Virus record (IMG/VR): IMGVR_UViG_3300030098_003801
Coordinates: 1 to 52,804 of that record
DNA from: a virus
Lineage: Duplodnaviria; Caudoviricetes
Length of the DNA stretch: 52,804 nucleotides
Reading direction: 5' to 3' (one strand)
Positions 7,154 to 16,095 of this stretch are shown one piece after another (the first letter of the stretch is position 1; the number at the start of each line of letters is the position of its first letter). The notes under the pieces were generated by a model. It saw nothing but the letters and a program-made list of their open reading frames with translations. It did not search any database and was not told the origin of the DNA. The translations under genes were made by a program, and so were the position numbers.

Positions 7154-7331
7154 GGAGCCGACGTGCTCCGACTGTTTGAACAAGGGCTACCTGTCCATCC
7201 TCGGCAGGCGGCATGAAGATGAGAGGAAGATCGTGCCATGCACATGCAGGCACGGGCGCCGCTTCCTTCGGATGTGGCGAGTGGAGTTGAGAAACCTAAG
7301 AGGCCTTGAGGGGCCGGGAGAAGAAGAATGA
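7143..7331 (+). CDS. Small zinc-finger-like protein
   Basis: CSDC...PCTC; overlaps neighbouring ORFs. Confidence 0.6.
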   Translation: MPRKEPTCSDCLNKGYLSILGRRHEDERKIVPCTCRHGRRFLRMWRVELRNLRGLEGPGEEE

Positions 7332-7654
7332 AGTTCTATGCAGTAACTTGGGAAAAGCAGGAAGATGAGGACCGTGGCGAGTGGGGACCGAGGGGTCCGC
7401 GCATCCGCTTCTTTGAGTTCAGTGACCCGGCCATGAAGTTCATGGAGGGCCTCGCCTGCGGGGCTGACCCCAAGGGGACCGAGGTGGGCCACTACCTGTG
7501 CGAGTACGAGGTGCCCGACGAGGACTTGACTCGGGCCAACATCATCAAGATGTTGAATGACGCCGCTCGTCAGACCTGCGACGGTGACCTCAATACCATC
7601 CAAGATGGGTACGACGTGCCGATGGCTTCCATCATTGAGGGCATCCAATCATGA
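7328..7654 (+). CDS. Hypothetical protein, 108 aa
   Basis: ATGA-coupled ORF. Confidence 0.7.
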   Translation: MKFYAVTWEKQEDEDRGEWGPRGPRIRFFEFSDPAMKFMEGLACGADPKGTEVGHYLCEYEVPDEDLTRANIIKMLNDAARQTCDGDLNTIQDGYDVPMASIIEGIQS

Positions 7655-7887
7655 GGTGTCCCGTATGCGGTTCGTCGAAGAACAAGGTTGTGGACTCTGT
7701 CAAGACCTACACCCGCAGCGCCGGCAAGAAGGGTTACATCTTGAGCCGGCTCGTGACCTCTCTTCGGATGGCAGACACGGGTGAGCTAGCTCGCAAGGGT
7801 GGCGTCGGGAGGCGTCGCCACTGCGAGCACTGCTCATCCTCCTTCATCACGCACGAAGAGGTTGCGCAGATCATGAGGACAAAATGA
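7651..7887 (+). CDS. NrdR-like zinc ribbon lacking the ATP cone
   Basis: MRCPVCG...KVVDS...RRRHCEHCSSSFITHE matches the NrdR N-terminal pattern; only 78 aa. Confidence 0.75.
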   Translation: MRCPVCGSSKNKVVDSVKTYTRSAGKKGYILSRLVTSLRMADTGELARKGGVGRRRHCEHCSSSFITHEEVAQIMRTK

Positions 7888-8126
7888 AAGTTGTAGATAG
7901 CCCCGGCATGCTTGAGCACCACACGATAGATGGGGTCATGGCCTCCATCTCTCTCGAACTAGAAGAGCCCCCGGACGCGGTAGATGCAGTGATGTACGCG
8001 ATCATGGGTGACATGTTCAACTTGACGATCACGATCCAAGACGGGGTCGTGGACGTGGAAGGCCACAAGAGAGACATCTGGTCATGGCTGTCGTTCTCTG
8101 CTTGGTGGTCTCTCGGTGAACCATGA
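7884..8126 (+). CDS. Hypothetical protein, 80 aa
   Basis: GAGGAC RBS, ATGA-coupled. Confidence 0.65.
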   Translation: MKVVDSPGMLEHHTIDGVMASISLELEEPPDAVDAVMYAIMGDMFNLTITIQDGVVDVEGHKRDIWSWLSFSAWWSLGEP

Positions 8127-9565
8127 GGCTGCATCAGTGGGTGCTCGACGGGTTCCTCACCGAGTACCAGAACGAGGGCTGGGACTTTATGTTCCAGAGG
8201 GACGCCATCCTGTGGTGGGCCTGCGGCTCGGGTAAGACGCTGGCTGCATTGTTGTGGGCCTCGTCACAGGGTGAGCCCGGCAAGACGCTGGTGATCACGC
8301 GCGCCCCTGCTCGCCGCCAGTGGCAGCGGGAGGTGTCGCACTACACTACAGGCCACGCCGTCGTGGGTGAGGGCAGGACGCCCATGCCCCTCGAAGAGAT
8401 GCGTGATGCTGACATCCTGATCCTCTCGTGGGAAACCATGCCCTACTGGATCGATGCGGTGGAGGCGTGGCGCCGGACAGCGGGCCGTCTCTACGTAGTG
8501 TTTGACGAGCTACACAAGGGCAAGGCGTGGAAGCGGAAGAAGAAGTACCTCGGCCGTGACGGCAACGTGAAGTACCGCTCGGCGGAGAACCGCGCGGCGG
8601 CTGCCTGCGAGATCTCACGCATGGCGCACCGGCGCCTTGGCTTGACCGCGACCCTGATCAGGGATAGGGTCGGCGACCTGTGGGGTCAGGCTGACTTGGT
8701 ATCCCCTAACTTTCTAGGTTCTAACTGGGATTTCGTCCACCGCTACTGCGATGCCAAGCCCGGTAAGTTCGGCGGGCTCGACGTGTCCGGCCGCTCGAAT
8801 GAGGCGGAGTTGAAAGAGAAGCTAGCAAGAATAGTTCATGTGGTCTCGCGCGAGGAGATGGCGCGGAAGCTGCCCCCGAAGAGGCGTCAGCTTGTGTACC
8901 TCTCCAAGACAGATCAGGTTCGCCCCGCCGGGTTCGCTGCGGAGATGAAGAGGGCGGCGCGCAATGGAGCGCAGGCGCTCTTCGAGATGAGACTCTTGGA
9001 GGCGGCCAGCCGCAAGCGAAACTGGATCGCGGAGACTGTGTCCGATGCGGTGGGCGCAGGACAAAAGGTCTGCGTCTTCACCGGGCGACGCAAGGACTGC
9101 GAGGCTCTGGCCAAGTTGATCGGGAAGAAGGTCAAGGACGCTCCGCTCTGGACAGGGCACGGCGGTGACAGCACCCAGTACCGTGACGGCATCGTCGCCG
9201 AGTACGCAGCGCACGAAGGGGCGGCGGCATTCGTCGGCACCACCGATGCGTTCGGTGAGGCTATCGACGGCTTGCAGAATACGGACCTCGTGATCTTCGG
9301 GCTGCTACCTTGGACGCCGGGACAGATCACACAGGCGGAGGGGCGCTTCAGCAGGCACGGGTCGAAGCGGTCGGTACTGATCATGTACACTGTAGCGCAG
9401 GGCACGGTGGACGAACACGTCGCGGACGTACTACTGACCAAGCTCCAAGCGGTGGAGGCCGTGCTGGACGACAAGGAGTCCGGCGATGTGGCCAGCACCC
9501 TAGCTGGAGATCAAGACGAAGATTCGATCATCGCTTCTATACTCGCTGCCAGTGCGGGTTTATAA
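8123..9565 (+). CDS. SNF2-like superfamily 2 helicase
   Basis: Walker A CGSGKT, Walker B FDELH, LTAT, C-terminal QAEGRFSRHG. Confidence 0.9.
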   Translation: MRLHQWVLDGFLTEYQNEGWDFMFQRDAILWWACGSGKTLAALLWASSQGEPGKTLVITRAPARRQWQREVSHYTTGHAVVGEGRTPMPLEEMRDADILILSWETMPYWIDAVEAWRRTAGRLYVVFDELHKGKAWKRKKKYLGRDGNVKYRSAENRAAAACEISRMAHRRLGLTATLIRDRVGDLWGQADLVSPNFLGSNWDFVHRYCDAKPGKFGGLDVSGRSNEAELKEKLARIVHVVSREEMARKLPPKRRQLVYLSKTDQVRPAGFAAEMKRAARNGAQALFEMRLLEAASRKRNWIAETVSDAVGAGQKVCVFTGRRKDCEALAKLIGKKVKDAPLWTGHGGDSTQYRDGIVAEYAAHEGAAAFVGTTDAFGEAIDGLQNTDLVIFGLLPWTPGQITQAEGRFSRHGSKRSVLIMYTVAQGTVDEHVADVLLTKLQAVEAVLDDKESGDVASTLAGDQDEDSIIASILAASAGL

Positions 9566-9643
9566 GTTTTTACATCTGGTTGACAACTGACCTGTTAAGC
9601 TATTCAAGTCAGCAACCAAACTGACGCAACCATTGGAGAACAC

Positions 9644-10261
9644 ATGTCATACTGGGACTCTTCTTTTTCTCGTTACGGCGAACGCGGGCGGCGGCCCGAG
9701 GTTGGCAGCAAGTGGACGTACACGCTGACCGACCAAGTGAGCGGCAAGCCCTGCTCTCGGCAAATCGTCCTCACCTACGTGCCCGAGTCTAACGGCAGGC
9801 TCCGCTTCGATTACGTGAAGAGCCGCAAGGGCGCACCTGACTGGGGCACCATCTCCCTGATGAGTTGGTGTAGGCGGCGAGTCCGTGGACTCATCAAGCC
9901 CGTGCGCGCCAAGACCTCGCCCAAAGAGCGTGGCCCCCGCAAGCCAACGAAGGGGCAGATGATTCAGTTTTGCCGCGATGCGGTGTGGGAGAAAATGGGC
10001 AGCGGCCCTTGGTCCTTTGAGTTCGCGGCCTACCGGGACGAGGCTCACAATCAGGACGCGGCGGTCGCTGGCGGATACAATGACTCAATCGCGAGCGACA
10101 TCCTTGAGTGGTCTTCTCTTCGGGAGTACGTCGCTCCGGGCCGGGTCATCGACGTGTTCATCTACAGGCGGTATGGTCAGTACGAGCGGCAGTTGTGGGA
10201 CCACTGTCTCATCACCCTGCCAACAGAGCGGGCCGCCTACGAAGCGGGAGGTGCAGCATGA
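9644..10261 (+). CDS. Hypothetical protein, 205 aa
   Basis: GGAG RBS; ends in the GGAA*/ATGA junction motif. Confidence 0.7.
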   Translation: MSYWDSSFSRYGERGRRPEVGSKWTYTLTDQVSGKPCSRQIVLTYVPESNGRLRFDYVKSRKGAPDWGTISLMSWCRRRVRGLIKPVRAKTSPKERGPRKPTKGQMIQFCRDAVWEKMGSGPWSFEFAAYRDEAHNQDAAVAGGYNDSIASDILEWSSLREYVAPGRVIDVFIYRRYGQYERQLWDHCLITLPTERAAYEAGGAA

Positions 10262-10467
10262 CACTCGAAGAACGCATCGCAGAAGTGAAGAGGCTTCTGC
10301 AACCGATGGACATCCCGCTGTTCCGTCGAGACGTGAGCCGCCCCGCCAACGTGCGCTGGCTGATCCGAAACCTCGCCGCCCGCAACAACAAGCGGGTTGC
10401 GTTCAAGGCCGTCGTTCGCGAACTGGTTCTGTTGGACAAAGCCTTTCGCATGTGGGGGGAGGTATGA
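10258..10467 (+). CDS. Hypothetical protein, 69 aa
   Basis: GGAGGT RBS and ATGA overlap. Confidence 0.65.
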   Translation: MTLEERIAEVKRLLQPMDIPLFRRDVSRPANVRWLIRNLAARNNKRVAFKAVVRELVLLDKAFRMWGEV

Positions 10468-10646
10468 GACTCGCAGACTTCTGGGCCGAGTGCCACTACT
10501 GCGGAGAGTTCATTGAGTACGATCAGGACCGCTCATCACCACTGGAGCCCGAGTGCCCCACCTGCGAGGGGCCCGGCTCGTACTCCGTGGTCGGCAAGGA
10601 CGGGAAGCCGGAGCCGATGGAGGACGCATGCAGTACAGCTACTTAG
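10464..10646 (+). CDS. Small zinc-ribbon protein
   Basis: CHYC...CPTC; GGAGGT RBS. Confidence 0.6.
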   Translation: MRLADFWAECHYCGEFIEYDQDRSSPLEPECPTCEGPGSYSVVGKDGKPEPMEDACSTAT

Positions 10647-11464
10647 ACACGGGTCCCTCTCGTGCAGGCTGGCATCGTCTGGCCAACGTGCTTCGGTGCC
10701 CCCGCCACTACGCCTTCAACAAGGAGCGGGAGCTTCCCCCCACGGACGCGCTCGTGCGCGGCACGCTGATGCACGTCGCCCTTGCCCACCACTACGCCAA
10801 CATCCAGTGCGCGCAGCAGGACGAGGAGCCCTCGTACCTCACCCCCGAGAACGCGGTGGCCCACTGCGTGGCGCTGGCCGACAGCCCCCTGTACGACAAG
10901 TGGCACGACAGGACCGTCGAGGTCTACCATCAGTACACTGCGATGTATCCTCTGCCGAGTTGGCACATCCTCTCCGTCGAGAAGGAAGTGGAGACGCAGG
11001 TGCTCGACCCGCACATGGACAACACGGAGAGGGCGTATGACTACACGGCGCGCATCGACTTGATCGTGGAGCACCACGACAAGGTGTACTTCGTAGACCA
11101 CAAGACGAGCTTCGCCATCCTTCACCGCACGCACAACAAGTACGCCCTGTCCGGCCAGTTCCTCGGCCAGCAGATGATCGGGCGTGAGATGTACGGTGAC
11201 CAGTTTGGGGGCGTCATCCTGAACCTCATCGGGTGGAACGACAGGAAGCCTGTTTCTTCGTTCAAGCGGAAGGTTCTGCCTTATGCAGAAAAGTCTGTTG
11301 CGCGGTTCCCCGAGACGGTTAGACTTGCCGAGCGGATGATAGGTCAGTTCAGTGGGCGCAGCGCCTTCGACTGGCCGGGGAGTCATCAAGAGCACTCGTG
11401 CCAAACCACGTTCGGTGAGTGCCGTTTCTTTCAGACCTGCAAACGAGGAGGACACTATGAGTAA
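10628..11464 (+). CDS. PD-(D/E)XK (Cas4/RecB-like) exonuclease
   Basis: RCPR, RGTLMH, VEKE, ARIDL, FVDHKT and C-terminal C..GEC.F...C cluster. Confidence 0.85.
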   Translation: MQYSYLDTGPSRAGWHRLANVLRCPRHYAFNKERELPPTDALVRGTLMHVALAHHYANIQCAQQDEEPSYLTPENAVAHCVALADSPLYDKWHDRTVEVYHQYTAMYPLPSWHILSVEKEVETQVLDPHMDNTERAYDYTARIDLIVEHHDKVYFVDHKTSFAILHRTHNKYALSGQFLGQQMIGREMYGDQFGGVILNLIGWNDRKPVSSFKRKVLPYAEKSVARFPETVRLAERMIGQFSGRSAFDWPGSHQEHSCQTTFGECRFFQTCKRGGHYE

Positions 11465-12386
11465 GACGAAGGGTAAAGACCTGCCGAAGGTGTTCGGCAT
11501 TATCTACGCACCGCCCAAGAAGGGGAAGACGCTTGGCCTGATCAAGTCATTCCCCAACGCGCTGGTGGTCACGTCGGTGGGGGGAACATCCTGCTGCGAC
11601 TACATCGGGCACGAGCCTGACACATGGGAGCTTTCGCCCGGCGTCACCGTGGACAAGATCACCGATGTCGTTCATCGCGCATCGAAGAAGTACGACGCGA
11701 TCATCATCGACGACTTCAGCCTGATCGCCGATGCGGAACTGATTCACATCCAGAGCAACCCGCGCAACGCTGGCTTCAAGGCATTCGATGTTTTGATCAA
11801 GACCATGTACAAGCTGCGCGACGGGGTGCGGAACGCGGACTGCCACACCTTCCTCGTCATGCACGAGACGCCGCCGCGCGAAGTCACCCGCGACAACAAG
11901 ACTGTGTTCATCCCCGGACACCCATCGATTACCGGCTGGAAACTGCCCGAGAAAATCCCGGCGATGTCTGACTTTGTGGTCCGCATCAAGTACGACAAGG
12001 ACGCCATCAGCAACTGGCCTTACGTCTACCAGTCCGCCCCCGACCCAAACTTCATCACGGGCAGTCGGCTCTCGATGATGCCCGCCTTCTCTCCCACCAA
12101 CATCAGGGAGATCATGATTGCGACAGGCTATGACCTGCCCCGACCCAAGGGGCTGGAGTGGCTCGACGAGTTGGCCGAGAAGGTTTGTCAGGGGATCATC
12201 AAGGCGGAGGCGAAGGACCGCCGGTCGGTTAAGAAGTGGTTGCAGGCCAACGGGCCTAGCATCTCAACCAAGTACGAGGACAAAGATCCAAGACACGTTC
12301 GCTGGGCAGTCAGCGACGGCATTGATAGGGCGGCACTCCGTCGCCACAAGACCAACCTGTTGGACGATTTTTTCGCCAACTTTTAG
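11457..12386 (+). CDS. AAA_24/Sak4-like ATPase
   Basis: IYAPPKKGKT Walker A, IIIDDFS Walker B, VMHE; sits between nuclease and SSB. Confidence 0.75.
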   Translation: MSKTKGKDLPKVFGIIYAPPKKGKTLGLIKSFPNALVVTSVGGTSCCDYIGHEPDTWELSPGVTVDKITDVVHRASKKYDAIIIDDFSLIADAELIHIQSNPRNAGFKAFDVLIKTMYKLRDGVRNADCHTFLVMHETPPREVTRDNKTVFIPGHPSITGWKLPEKIPAMSDFVVRIKYDKDAISNWPYVYQSAPDPNFITGSRLSMMPAFSPTNIREIMIATGYDLPRPKGLEWLDELAEKVCQGIIKAEAKDRRSVKKWLQANGPSISTKYEDKDPRHVRWAVSDGIDRAALRRHKTNLLDDFFANF

Positions 12387-12400
12387 TAGAGGGAGAAGAC

Positions 12401-12901
12401 ATGGTTACGTTTCGTATTGATAAGAGTGAGAGTTTGCAGGGTGGCAAGTTGAGCACCCGAGGCATCTACCGTATGCGGCTTGACATGCTGCGCGCGGACA
12501 AGAGCAGGGCCGGCAACTACATGGCAACGTGGAAGGCTGTCGTCGCCGACGGCCCCGAGAAGGGCCGCGTGTGCTACGGTCAGCTTATGTGCGCCGACGC
12601 CTCCGGCCAGCCCTACCCTTGGGCGGGTCGCTTGTGGATGTCGTTCCTCGAGTCTCTCGGCTACAGCCGTGAGGAGGCTGGCGACCTGTTGGACGACGGC
12701 TTCGATTGGGACAGCATTGAGTCTTGGGGCCGGGACAACATCGTCAACAAGGAGGGATGGATCGAGTTCACCCCTCCTGTGGGCGAGGGTTCCTTTGCCG
12801 AGACGGAGTGGTTGCGTGAGAGCGAGGCCGAATCCCGCCAGTCGATTGCTGCCGAAGCAGCCTCGGCTCGCGCGAACCTCGACGCTGACGTGCCGTTCTA
12901 A
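12401..12901 (+). CDS. Single-stranded DNA-binding protein (DUF669-like)
   Basis: GIY...KSRAGNYM...DGPEKGR; acidic tail ending DADVPF; position after the ATPase. Confidence 0.7.
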   Translation: MVTFRIDKSESLQGGKLSTRGIYRMRLDMLRADKSRAGNYMATWKAVVADGPEKGRVCYGQLMCADASGQPYPWAGRLWMSFLESLGYSREEAGDLLDDGFDWDSIESWGRDNIVNKEGWIEFTPPVGEGSFAETEWLRESEAESRQSIAAEAASARANLDADVPF

Positions 12902-12908
12902 TGACTTT

Positions 12909-13073
12909 GGGGCGTCCCAATCCCGGCCACGTCTGTGTCCTCACGTCGTCGGGTAAGGTTCGTGGTTGCTCCTGCGGGGCGTCCCATCACCCTTAGGGGG
13001 GCACTTCAGAATCAGAGGGTAAGGTTCTCCAGCGAGCCCTTTGAGGTAGGTTGAGGCCGCGAAGTGTCCCCCT
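12909..13073 (+). ncRNA. Candidate structured RNA with anti-Shine-Dalgarno loops
   Basis: Stems 12909-18/12976-85, 12922-32/12943-53, 12995-13007/13061-73 and 13012-20/13036-44, with G-U pairs favouring the + strand. Confidence 0.55.
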
Positions 13074-13086
13074 TTCCTTTGGAGAT

Positions 13087-13281
13087 ATGATGAACTGTTG
13101 GCATTGTAATACCGAGTTGATTTGGGGTGGCGACCACGAGGCGGAGGACAGCGACTTCTACAGCATGGTCACCAACCTGTCCTGCCCCAAGTGTAGCTCG
13201 CTGGTGCTGGTGTACTCTGGCATCGAGGAGAAGATGCCGCCTGCGAGGATTGAACTGGCGGGGGACACGGATGGGGTTTGA
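13087..13281 (+). CDS. Small zinc-binding protein
   Basis: GGAG RBS; CWHC...CPKC. Confidence 0.7.
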   Translation: MMNCWHCNTELIWGGDHEAEDSDFYSMVTNLSCPKCSSLVLVYSGIEEKMPPARIELAGDTDGV

Positions 13282-15727
13282 CAGGGCCAACTGCAAGCGG
13301 TGTCCGCTTCGCAAATACTGGCAGGCCGAGGGCAAGTGGGAGAGGGTTGACTTCCTGAACAACGGCTCGGATGTTCTGGTGCTGGGTGACGCCCCCTCGA
13401 AGCAGGCGTCTGTTCTCGGCAGGGCGTGGGCCGATGAGCATGGCGTGGCCATGAAGGACGCACTCGAGTCTGCGGGCGCCAAGGCGCACGGCGTGGACTA
13501 TGGGTATGTGGTGGGGTGTCGCTGGCCGAAGGACGACCCTCGCATGTTCATGCAGCTACTCAAGAAGAGGAACCGCGCGTTGACCGCTTCGGGTAAGCCC
13601 GTGGAGCTATCGCCGACGGAGGCGTGCCGGGGTCACGTGGAGGAAGAGATGGCCCGGTACAAGACGGTGATCACCTGCGGACCAATCGCGACCAAGTCAG
13701 TGCTTCCGGGCAACCCCTCGTTGGAGGCCGTCAGGGGTGGCCCCACGGCGTCCGGTGACCTCAAGGTACTGCCGACCTACCATCCGTCACAGGTCGCCGT
13801 ACAGAGGCATCTGACGCCCGTATTGCACAGCGATGTGCAGAAGGCCATGCGCCACCACCGGGGCAGGCTGCGCTGGGTGGACCCGGTAGTGCGCTACAAC
13901 CCGCCGCCCGATGTGGTGCGTGAGTTCTTTGACGACGCGCGCAAGAACGAATGGGTGCTGACCTACGACGTGGAGACCGACGGCGTGGACGCCTTGAACT
14001 GCGAGCTTCGCTGCATAGGGATCGGCACGGACAACGAGGTTCTGATACTGGGCTTCTTGAGTATCGACGGAGTGTCAAGATTCTACTCGCCAGAGGATGA
14101 GCGAGAGATTAAACGCCTGCTCCGTGAGGTGTTCAATGATGATTCGGTTCGTATTGCCGGTCACAATGCAGGTTACTTTGATCGTCTGGTGTGTGAGTCT
14201 CATGGGCTAGGCACGCCCACCTCTCTGATCGACACCATTCTGCTGCACAAGCTGGGCGCGTCCGAGTACCGCCACAGCCTTGGCTTCGTAGGCTCTATGC
14301 TTACAGACGTTCCTGCGTGGAAGGCGGACCACGCTGGGGTGACCGCTCGGACAGACGAGGAGCTTCACGAGTATTGCGCTACGGATGTGGCCGTGACCTC
14401 CCGTATCATCCAGCCCCTTCTGGAGATGGTGTACGAGCGGAAGCAGACTCATCTGATCGATAAGGACTTGCAGCTTCAGAACCTCTGCGCAGGCATGCGT
14501 CGTATGGGGATGCGCATTGACGAGGGGACGCGCGCTCTTCACGAGGAGGAGCAGGCCGAGATAGCCTACGAGTGGCGCAGCGAGTTGGCCCACATTGAGC
14601 CAGACCTCAACCCCAACTCCCCGACGCAGCTACGGCGCCTGCTGTTCGACCGCTGGGGCCTGCCGCCTCACGAGTACACCCTGTCAGGCGAGCCCTCCAC
14701 CAGCGCCGCATCACTGCGGGCTCTCTCTATCAACCCCTTGGCAAGCGAAGAGCAGCAGGAGTTTCTTCACGCACTCCGCTTCTATCGTCGCGCCGAGAAG
14801 CTACTGTCCACCTACATTAGAAAGTTTGCCCCCGACGCTGGCGTCGTAAAGGATGGCTATGTTTACCCCGACTACAACTCGCACGGAACAGTTACTGGAA
14901 GGCTATCGTCCTCTAACCCAAACTTTCAGAACATACCTTTCAACCTACGGGATATGTTCATCCCTCCAGAAGGCTGCGTCTTTGTGGGTGCAGACTACGA
15001 CCAGCTTGAACTCCGATTCGCAGCGGCCTTGGCTGGAGCCCAGCACTACCTCGACGCCTTCGAGAAGAAAGAGATCGACCCCCACAACCTTACCGCGGAC
15101 CTCATGTTCGGAGAAGCGTTTTGGAAAGCGGAAGGAGCGCCGGATACCAAGATGGGCAAAGGCAAGGGCCAGTTCAAGCAACTCCGCAACCTCGCCAAGA
15201 CCATCTGCTTCGCGTCGCTGTACGGAGCCTCCGCCCCGAAAGTCCACGAAATCATCGGGCGGGCGGAAGACGAAGAAGGAAACATGCTTTACGCGCACTA
15301 CGACCTGCGGCAGATCAGACTGCTGCATCGTCGATGGAAAGCGGAAGCCCCGGAGTTTGAAGCGTGGTGGAAAGAAACCATGAAGCAGTTCTCCGAAGTG
15401 GGGTACGTCGAGGAGCGCGTGTGGATGCGCCGGCGCTACTTCGCAGAGGAGGACTACAACGCCATCCTCAACTTCGGGGTGCAGGCTGGAGGCTTCGCCG
15501 TGGTGGCGATGTCGATGCTCGAGTTGGTGGAGCGCATTCCGTTTGACTTCGACAACAAGGTAGGTCTGGTCAATCAGCTACACGATGCGGTGCTCCTGTC
15601 GGTCCCCGAAGAGCGGGCCGAAGAGGTCAAGGAGATTGTTGACGAGACCCTGACCCGCAGGGTCGACGGGCTTGAGGTTACCTTCACCGCCGAAGCGGAG
15701 ATAGGAACAACTTGGAAAGATGTCTAG
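13271..15727 (+). CDS. polA: Family A DNA polymerase with N-terminal UDG-like domain and 3'-5' exonuclease
   Basis: Exonuclease YDVET, HNAGYFD, YCATD; polymerase TGRLSS, motif A DYDQLELR, B RNLAKTICFASLYG, C QLHDA; N-terminal CKRCPL, GDAP, TYHPS. Confidence 0.95.
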   Translation: MGFDRANCKRCPLRKYWQAEGKWERVDFLNNGSDVLVLGDAPSKQASVLGRAWADEHGVAMKDALESAGAKAHGVDYGYVVGCRWPKDDPRMFMQLLKKRNRALTASGKPVELSPTEACRGHVEEEMARYKTVITCGPIATKSVLPGNPSLEAVRGGPTASGDLKVLPTYHPSQVAVQRHLTPVLHSDVQKAMRHHRGRLRWVDPVVRYNPPPDVVREFFDDARKNEWVLTYDVETDGVDALNCELRCIGIGTDNEVLILGFLSIDGVSRFYSPEDEREIKRLLREVFNDDSVRIAGHNAGYFDRLVCESHGLGTPTSLIDTILLHKLGASEYRHSLGFVGSMLTDVPAWKADHAGVTARTDEELHEYCATDVAVTSRIIQPLLEMVYERKQTHLIDKDLQLQNLCAGMRRMGMRIDEGTRALHEEEQAEIAYEWRSELAHIEPDLNPNSPTQLRRLLFDRWGLPPHEYTLSGEPSTSAASLRALSINPLASEEQQEFLHALRFYRRAEKLLSTYIRKFAPDAGVVKDGYVYPDYNSHGTVTGRLSSSNPNFQNIPFNLRDMFIPPEGCVFVGADYDQLELRFAAALAGAQHYLDAFEKKEIDPHNLTADLMFGEAFWKAEGAPDTKMGKGKGQFKQLRNLAKTICFASLYGASAPKVHEIIGRAEDEEGNMLYAHYDLRQIRLLHRRWKAEAPEFEAWWKETMKQFSEVGYVEERVWMRRRYFAEEDYNAILNFGVQAGGFAVVAMSMLELVERIPFDFDNKVGLVNQLHDAVLLSVPEERAEEVKEIVDETLTRRVDGLEVTFTAEAEIGTTWKDV

Positions 15728-15736
15728 GGAGAACAG

Positions 15737-15931
15737 ATGAACAGGCGAAAGCAAGAGCGAGTACTCGAGTCTATTCCTGCGGGCGGGTGGTACACCACTC
15801 GTGAGCTAGCAGACTTCAGCGGCTACGGGACGCTGACCTTGGCCTACTGGCTGCGCAAGCTGGTGGACTCGGGGCAGGTCAGCCACAAGAAGATCCGTTC
15901 GACGCGGGAGAATCTATGGCGCGTCGCCTAG
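15737..15931 (+). CDS. Small winged-HTH-like DNA-binding protein
   Basis: TTRELADFSGY...LRKLVDSGQV pattern; GGAG RBS. Confidence 0.65.
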   Translation: MNRRKQERVLESIPAGGWYTTRELADFSGYGTLTLAYWLRKLVDSGQVSHKKIRSTRENLWRVA

Positions 15932-16095
15932 TGTGGGAGAAGGAGGGCACCGAGTGCCCGAAGTGCAAGGAGCCCCGGACGTGGCACTGGGGCATCATGG
16001 ACACCATCGTTGACGCTGGGCCGCAGGGAGGTTGGGCGTGCAAGTGCAAACATGGGGGCTGGATATGGCCCCGAGAAGTGAGGGAGGACAAGTGA
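15916..16095 (+). CDS. Small Cys-rich protein, 59 aa (not in ORF track)
   Basis: GGGAG RBS; CPKC...CKCKH; GTGA overlap with the next gene. Confidence 0.55.
   Translation: MARRLVWEKEGTECPKCKEPRTWHWGIMDTIVDAGPQGGWACKCKHGGWIWPREVREDK

Noticed and set aside
4325-9606. TTGACA at 4325 and 9580 as sigma70 promoters
   Set aside because: Intergenic and suggestive, but no convincing -10 hexamer at 16-18 nt spacing
10628-11464. Cas4-like nuclease as part of a CRISPR system
   Set aside because: No array or other cas genes; the nuclease-ATPase-SSB context is a phage recombination module
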